From an uncultured virus (IMG/VR IMGVR_UViG_3300005326_000001) (Duplodnaviria > Heunggongvirae > Uroviricota > Caudoviricetes), in IMG/VR virus record IMGVR_UViG_3300005326_000001: 29,001 nt of DNA; one strand, written 5' to 3'. The position numbers and the translations under genes are program-made. Positions 24,142 through 29,001 of the stretch are shown here, piece by piece; positions within the stretch are counted from its first letter, which is position 1, and the number at the start of each line of letters is the position of its first letter. Below the pieces are notes generated by a model, which worked only from the letters and a program-made list of their open reading frames with translations, searched no databases and was not told the DNA's origin.

Positions 24142-24618
24142 CTATATTTCCCAGATATTTAAGTCTTCCGCAAGTATCCTAAATGCAGATTGAAGATATT
24201 CTCCCCTGCGCATCTCAATATATTTGACCATTTCCAATGCCCCAGAAATTCCATTGGCATTGGCGCTCATTTCAATACCATCGTAGTCTAGATAATGTTC
24301 TAGATTATTTATAGCCGTTATCCATCTTGACTCAATATGTGGTGGCACATAATACAACCCAGAATGTTGTCCATACAACTCCGTCATCCAGTTTATTATA
24401 AGCGGTATAAATGTATCTTCTGTAAAATAAACATCGTTTTTAGAATAACCCCCCAAACCCCTCTGTGTAAACTCTATTGCCCGTCCTATGCCTGTATATT
24501 TTCTGAATGGGTACCAAACATTACAGACCATAAAATAATATAGTTTGTTGTGATGTTTTGGCATTTTGCATTCCCTTATAGCCCCATGCATGTCTTTCAT
24601 TGCTACTCTCCTCGTCAA
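24142..24618 (-). CDS. hypothetical protein
   Basis: Probable start ATG 24600, after GAGGAG. Confidence 0.6.
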   Translation of the reverse strand: MTRRVAMKDMHGAIRECKMPKHHNKLYYFMVCNVWYPFRKYTGIGRAIEFTQRGLGGYSKNDVYFTEDTFIPLIINWMTELYGQHSGLYYVPPHIESRWITAINNLEHYLDYDGIEMSANANGISGALEMVKYIEMRRGEYLQSAFRILAEDLNIWEI

Positions 24619-24636
24619 AAAACATCCAGTAAAATA

Positions 24637-24766
24637 TGACGGACGGCTCGGCTCTACTAATTCAATGGTTTCTCCGATAGGGCAAACATTACCGAGGACA
24701 CAACCCTCGATTTACAATGTTTTCCATTATGCCCCTGCTCTGTGTCAGCACCGCCCAATTCTGTCA
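24637..24766 (-). ncRNA. candidate rod-shaped structured RNA
   Basis: Nested helices across the intergenic gap, with a large internal bubble; G-U pairs favour the minus strand. Confidence 0.4.
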
Positions 24767-24778
24767 GGATTGGTGTTT

Positions 24779-24997
24779 TTATCTTCGCAAGATTATTCTG
24801 TCGGAACCACAACACAATACAGCTTCAAATAATTTTACGTCTTGATCGTTATGCACCATTTCTTGAAAGCCTTTTACTGTAATCTGCATTGCATTTATTG
24901 GTTTTCCTAAATCTTCCATTGTATCCTTGAAAACGTCAAGAATGATTTCGCCATCCATTGTCTCGACTCTCAGATTCATTTTATTCTCCTTCGTCAA
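24779..24997 (-). CDS. hypothetical protein
   Basis: Probable start ATG 24979, after AAGGAG. Confidence 0.55.
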   Translation of the reverse strand: MTKENKMNLRVETMDGEIILDVFKDTMEDLGKPINAMQITVKGFQEMVHNDQDVKLFEAVLCCGSDRIILRR

Positions 24998-25391
24998 GAA
25001 AGTTTACGTTTGGTTTTTCTTTTCTCACCATTTTCTTTATTCTCCCGATCACCGCATCGATAGCCCCCTGTCTTGTGGGGGCAGTCTCAAATATCTTTGG
25101 TTCCCCGCAGTGCCCAATGAAATAATAATCATTATCTACAACTTTAATTTCATGCCCACACCACTGGTGCTTAATGAGATACTTGTCGTTATCCACTGCA
25201 CTTGCTATAGGGACAGGGTTTACATGACCATCTGAATCAATCCGATACCCAAGGTGAATGGTAAAGTGACCATTGACTATGGTTGCATCAACAAATGGGT
25301 TGTATTGAGTTGTTGATGTTGGTCTTGGGTGTATTATTTCAGCATCATAGCCAGAAACCCTTAGTAGCCCTACAAATTCATCTGCTTTCAT
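24981..25391 (-). CDS. hypothetical protein
   Basis: 136 aa, in the operon with the RNA ligase. Confidence 0.6.
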   Translation of the reverse strand: MKADEFVGLLRVSGYDAEIIHPRPTSTTQYNPFVDATIVNGHFTIHLGYRIDSDGHVNPVPIASAVDNDKYLIKHQWCGHEIKVVDNDYYFIGHCGEPKIFETAPTRQGAIDAVIGRIKKMVRKEKPNVNFLDEGE

Positions 25392-25393
25392 GT

Positions 25394-26515
25394 TTACAGC
25401 CCGTATTTTAAGAGAAACTCATTATTGATAACCTTAAAACTGCACCTGTCAAATCCTGTCTTATTGTTCTCTCTAAACACAAGCCCCTCAATAGGTGTTG
25501 CCCCATTAAGGGTGCTCTGTATATTAGAAGCGGAAATAAGTTCATTTACAGTAAAATCAAGTTTTAAATCAGAATTTATTATCGGAACAGTTCTTAATCC
25601 ATATTTATTTACAAACTCAATCATTTCTTGTATGGTGAAAAATTTTTGATGGGTTATATCCCAGACATTAAACAGGAAAAAGTAATTATCTGTAAGATTG
25701 TATATATTTGCCTTATGATGATCTCTCGACGCAAACCAAACGCTGTTTTCTACCCCATATCCCACATTCTCGCCCTGTAATGCCAAGTCAACCCCATATT
25801 CTTTTTGTGCGTCAATTAGAATATCTTTCATGTTGTACTTTTTGGCAACCCTCCAGTACGAAGAACTGTCTGGTACGGTGACAATAAAGTTACGTGAGCA
25901 TATCCCGAAGTCTTTTTTGTTTATGAAATATGTGGCACTCTGACCGTCAAGTTTCTCGGTAACATAAAAGGATTCGCCCCTGTGGTAATCAAGTACGGAT
26001 GGACAAGATTGTATGCGTATTTCGTCTGTCTTATGTATGCCTCTGGGGAACTTCTCTTTACCCCCACGCTTACAGAAATACTTGCGATACCATGCGAACC
26101 GATAAAGTAACTTTCCGATAAGCGTCTTCTGTTGTTGTCTTTTGCAGACAAGGTTCTCGGCTATGGCTTCTGGGTCGTATTTGGTTACACCAATAATGTT
26201 TGTTACATCGTCACCTTCCCTGTATTTCTTTTGGGGAAGGACTGACAGGGGGAATACTAACCCTTGTGAAATCTGCTTTCTTAGTTTGATCGTCTTGACC
26301 CTGAATTTACGCTCACACATAAACTCAAACTCTGGCTTATCTGGTAGGACAGAATCCACCTCAATATAAACCACGCTATCGCCAATCTGGTGGTTTTCTG
26401 CCTTACGAACCACAACCTCCCATCCAAGAACTCTGGCAACCTCGATCTGGTCTGCATCTGGGATAGGACGAATATCGGTTATTTTCTGAATAGAAGCCAG
26501 ATTTCTCATTCCCAT
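25394..26515 (-). CDS. ATP-dependent RNA ligase, Rnl2/DRB0094 family
   Basis: N-terminal domain LASIQKI....PIPDAD.IEVA.VLGWEVVV; KTDE.RIQ; motif I TEKLDG; CSRN; QGE; EGLVFR; SFKVINNEFLLK. Confidence 0.9.
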   Translation of the reverse strand: MGMRNLASIQKITDIRPIPDADQIEVARVLGWEVVVRKAENHQIGDSVVYIEVDSVLPDKPEFEFMCERKFRVKTIKLRKQISQGLVFPLSVLPQKKYREGDDVTNIIGVTKYDPEAIAENLVCKRQQQKTLIGKLLYRFAWYRKYFCKRGGKEKFPRGIHKTDEIRIQSCPSVLDYHRGESFYVTEKLDGQSATYFINKKDFGICSRNFIVTVPDSSSYWRVAKKYNMKDILIDAQKEYGVDLALQGENVGYGVENSVWFASRDHHKANIYNLTDNYFFLFNVWDITHQKFFTIQEMIEFVNKYGLRTVPIINSDLKLDFTVNELISASNIQSTLNGATPIEGLVFRENNKTGFDRCSFKVINNEFLLKYGL

Positions 26516-26883
26516 TCCTCCCTGTTCTCCTGTTCTTCCAGTGCTATCTTCCCCTTGCCAGAAAGCACATATTCTTCTTTCCCGTCATCCGTGAGTATAC
26601 GACCTCCAGCATCGAGCACAACCATTAAATCAACCTCGTCTTGTGTTAATATTTCCATTATCTGACCGACCTCCTGTTGTGGTTCTAGTTTTGCAACTAT
26701 TTTTTCCCCGCAAAAATATATCCAGTCTTCGCCTTTCTCGCAAACGCTTGTAAAAAATCTATAGCATTCTTCGTTCAGTTCCTTATAGTGGTTGACCAAG
26801 GGCTTGGTTGTCATTAGGTCTACATCTGCCCGCCTCAATCTGGCGTATTCTTTGTCTGATAATATCTTCAATTTGACCTCCAT
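26506..26883 (-). CDS. hypothetical protein with C-terminal wHTH-like segment
   Basis: LTQDEVDLM..L...YVLSGKGKIAL; start moved downstream of the predicted promoter. Confidence 0.55.
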   Translation of the reverse strand: MEVKLKILSDKEYARLRRADVDLMTTKPLVNHYKELNEECYRFFTSVCEKGEDWIYFCGEKIVAKLEPQQEVGQIMEILTQDEVDLMVVLDAGGRILTDDGKEEYVLSGKGKIALEEQENREEWE

Positions 26884-26900
26884 TTTTACTGGTTGACGAT

Positions 26901-26929
26901 AACATATCCCAAAACACATAGGTTGTCAA
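26901..26929 (-). promoter_or_regulatory. sigma70-type promoter (leftward of a divergent pair)
   Basis: TTGACA-17 bp-TATGTT. Confidence 0.65.
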
Positions 26930-26948
26930 ATATTTTTATCACCACCTA

Positions 26949-26976
26949 TTGACAAATCCAGAATACTACACATATT
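26949..26976 (+). promoter_or_regulatory. sigma70-type promoter (rightward of a divergent pair)
   Basis: TTGACA-16 bp-CATATT. Confidence 0.5.
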
Positions 26977-26982
26977 AGCCTT

Positions 26983-27084
26983 AGCCCCACTGCCTTACGA
27001 GGCGGAGCCTTACGATAACATAGTTGCCGAAGCCATAGAGCAGGCAAAAACAAATCACTCGATTGCTCTTAAAACTGTGGGGCT
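26983..27084 (+). ncRNA. candidate structured 5' leader RNA
   Basis: Closing stem AGCCCCAC/GTGGGGCT, internal hairpins and a possible pseudoknot. Confidence 0.45.
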
Positions 27085-27105
27085 TAAAATAAAAAGGACA
27101 ACCCG

Positions 27106-28095
27106 ATGAAACTACGCCTTCTTCCTTCGTGGCTCACCCAGAAACACGACCCCACGCCACCGCCCCCCATTATGGTGGGTTCTATGCAGGACCTACCAGC
27201 AGAAAAAACGACTAGCGGGCAGTTTGACAGCGAACGCATACCTCCCGATATATTCTCACGCCTGCATACAGCAGAATCTGGGGAGCGCATAGATATAGTG
27301 GCTGCCGACAATGCCATGTATTTTTATGATTCTGACGACAATGAGATTGTAAAGGTGGGCAGTGCGATATGGACTACTACCCCCGGTATACATATCTCCA
27401 ATGGTGTTCTTTACCTAACCGGGACATCTGGTGAAGAGAATATAATTCTTCATAATTCCATTCACCTATTTGAAGATTACAATGATGTTCTCATAGAAAA
27501 AACTGGTTTAGTCCTCACCTCCGATACCACAGATACACATAATGTGATACACATAAAGAAGTTTAATGGTGGTGGTTATGATGATGTTTTTAAGATTGAT
27601 GCTGACGGGAACACCACAATAAACGGGACACTCACTGCCACGGCTTCGGCAGCCACAACCGCAGACAAGGTGGCAAATGCACTAACTGCTGGAACGGGGC
27701 TAACCTCTGCGGGTACGTTTGATGGTGCGAACGCAAGAACATTCGCTGTAGACCTCGGAACGGGTGCTACACAGGCAGCTTACGGGGATCACGACCACGC
27801 CTCTATATCGGGCACATCGGCAGGACTTTCTTCACTCACAGACCTAATGTATGACAATGAAACAAGTGCCAATGTAAACAATCTGCTGATAGTCAGACAG
27901 GTGGGAATGGGTGACTTCCAGGCGGAATGGACGACACTCGACGCCACCGACATCCCAGACCTCTCAAGCGTATATGCGGTGACAGCACATGTTCACGCAG
28001 CAACCGACATAACTAGTGGTGGTTATTCTGGGACAATAGACAATACATTTAGCAGTATGACGATAGCAAACGGCATAATTACAGCAGTTTCCTAA
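27106..28095 (+). CDS. tail fibre/virion structural-like protein
   Basis: G/T/A/S-rich; ALTAGTGLT, FDG.NARTFAVD.G, AAYGDHDH, H.H.ATDITSG motifs typical of fibres. Confidence 0.6.
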   Translation: MKLRLLPSWLTQKHDPTPPPPIMVGSMQDLPAEKTTSGQFDSERIPPDIFSRLHTAESGERIDIVAADNAMYFYDSDDNEIVKVGSAIWTTTPGIHISNGVLYLTGTSGEENIILHNSIHLFEDYNDVLIEKTGLVLTSDTTDTHNVIHIKKFNGGGYDDVFKIDADGNTTINGTLTATASAATTADKVANALTAGTGLTSAGTFDGANARTFAVDLGTGATQAAYGDHDHASISGTSAGLSSLTDLMYDNETSANVNNLLIVRQVGMGDFQAEWTTLDATDIPDLSSVYAVTAHVHAATDITSGGYSGTIDNTFSSMTIANGIITAVS

Positions 28096-28112
28096 AACCC
28101 AAAGGAGTTTTT

Positions 28113-28388
28113 ATGTTAGTGTATCTCGAAAAAGAACTTGAGAAATTAATCGTTAGGTACAACAAAGCCTGTGCGGATATTCTGTACCGCAAGTCAGAAT
28201 TGGCAAAAGCACAGAACGCACTGGCACAAATAGAGGAACATCTAAATACCGTGAGTTCAAATATTGTGCTCCTGAAAAGCCTGATAGAAAAATATAAACT
28301 GATGGAAAAACAAGAACCGGAAGAATCAAAAGAACTGGAACACATAAAAACCCTGAATATGTCAGAAGCAGTGGCGGAAGAAGTGTAG
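28113..28388 (+). CDS. coiled-coil hypothetical protein (possible fibre chaperone)
   Basis: Heptad pattern; AGGAG RBS; follows the fibre-like gene. Confidence 0.55.
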   Translation: MLVYLEKELEKLIVRYNKACADILYRKSELAKAQNALAQIEEHLNTVSSNIVLLKSLIEKYKLMEKQEPEESKELEHIKTLNMSEAVAEEV

Positions 28389-28844
28389 ATGCCTTCTATT
28401 CTCACTCTCGATCTTGCTACTCACGTGGGCTACGCATCTCTCTTGGATGGTGAAGTGACCTCCGGCATGAAGGATTTCTCCAAGTCTAAAAAACCCCATT
28501 ACGGACACCTGTTCGCAGATTTCAACACATGGTTACGCACCCTCCCCAAATATGACATATACGTGGTTGAGCGTTCCTTTATGCGTTACCGTAAATCCAC
28601 AGAGATAGGTTTCGGGATGTACTCACGTGTACAGGAATACGCCTACATGCTAGGTAAAGAGTTCCACGAAGCCTCCCCGAAGACAATCAAAAAGTTTATT
28701 TCAGGCAATGGTGACTGTGATAAAGAACCTATAATCCAGTGGTTCCAGAAAACATTTCACAGAGACCCAATAACGGATGACGAATCAGATGCTATGGCAC
28801 TTCTGTACTTTTTCTGTAACACAAGGGGCATGGAACTCCAATGA
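28389..28844 (+). CDS. RuvC-like Holliday junction resolvase
   Basis: ILTLDLAT..GYA, VVE, P.TIKKF.SGNG..DK, DDESDAMAL. Confidence 0.85.
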   Translation: MPSILTLDLATHVGYASLLDGEVTSGMKDFSKSKKPHYGHLFADFNTWLRTLPKYDIYVVERSFMRYRKSTEIGFGMYSRVQEYAYMLGKEFHEASPKTIKKFISGNGDCDKEPIIQWFQKTFHRDPITDDESDAMALLYFFCNTRGMELQ

Positions 28845-28967
28845 GATTACCCCCTTGGCAACCTAACCCTATAAATACATGAACAAATTTTTTCATAGAT
28901 ACGTAAAAAAGATTTTACTACTGCTTACATTCGAATTATGTTATCGGCAGCTAAACAAACCAAGAAT

Positions 28968-28983
28968 TGTTTCACGTGAAACA
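28968..28983. promoter_or_regulatory. parS: parS site
   Basis: TGTTTCACGTGAAACA, a perfect match, followed by a GTGAAACA half-site. Confidence 0.85.
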
Positions 28984-29001
28984 TTCTGTGAAACATATTC
29001 A

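Noticed and set aside
24679..24735. c-di-GMP-I riboswitch (AGGGCAAAC)
   Set aside because: It lacks the GNRA-capped P2 and the GCAAAGC/P3 elements, and is antisense to the flanking genes.
1..29001. CRISPR array, tRNA, rRNA or tmRNA
   Set aside because: No regularly spaced repeats, cloverleaf or tmRNA termini were found by eye. A tRNAscan/ARAGORN run is needed to be certain.
1..29001. Genome-wide stop-codon reassignment
   Set aside because: Recognisable genes are full length in code 11, and TAA, TAG and TGA all serve as stops with tight gene coupling.

Overview
AT-rich (roughly 40% GC) segment of a tailed dsDNA phage or phage-plasmid. It is almost entirely small accessory genes in sigma70-type operons. 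From 1 to 12.9 kb there are three leftward operons (SMC/RecN-like ATPase, thioredoxin, DUF1281/YubB-like protein, ribbon-helix-helix protein, many hypothetical early-type proteins). These are interrupted by a rightward small-terminase unit flanked by repeat-rich non-coding DNA. From 13.3 to 21 kb the genes run rightward: a Panacea/SocA-like protein, wHTH and Zn-ribbon proteins, a LAGLIDADG endonuclease inserted at the 5' end of an ASCH-like gene, a MucR-NUMOD3 fusion and a radical SAM enzyme. After that come a HicB-like gene, a NinB-like gene, a leftward block with an Rnl2-type RNA ligase, a tail-fibre-like gene and a RuvC-like resolvase. The most notable non-coding signals are an ORF-free ~460-nt region (21081-21540) with dense nested and crossing base-pairing (candidate large structured ncRNA), two more structured-RNA candidates (24637-24766 and 26983-27084), and two perfect parS palindromes. 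Protein calls come from motif recognition by eye. No database searches or folding programs were run.
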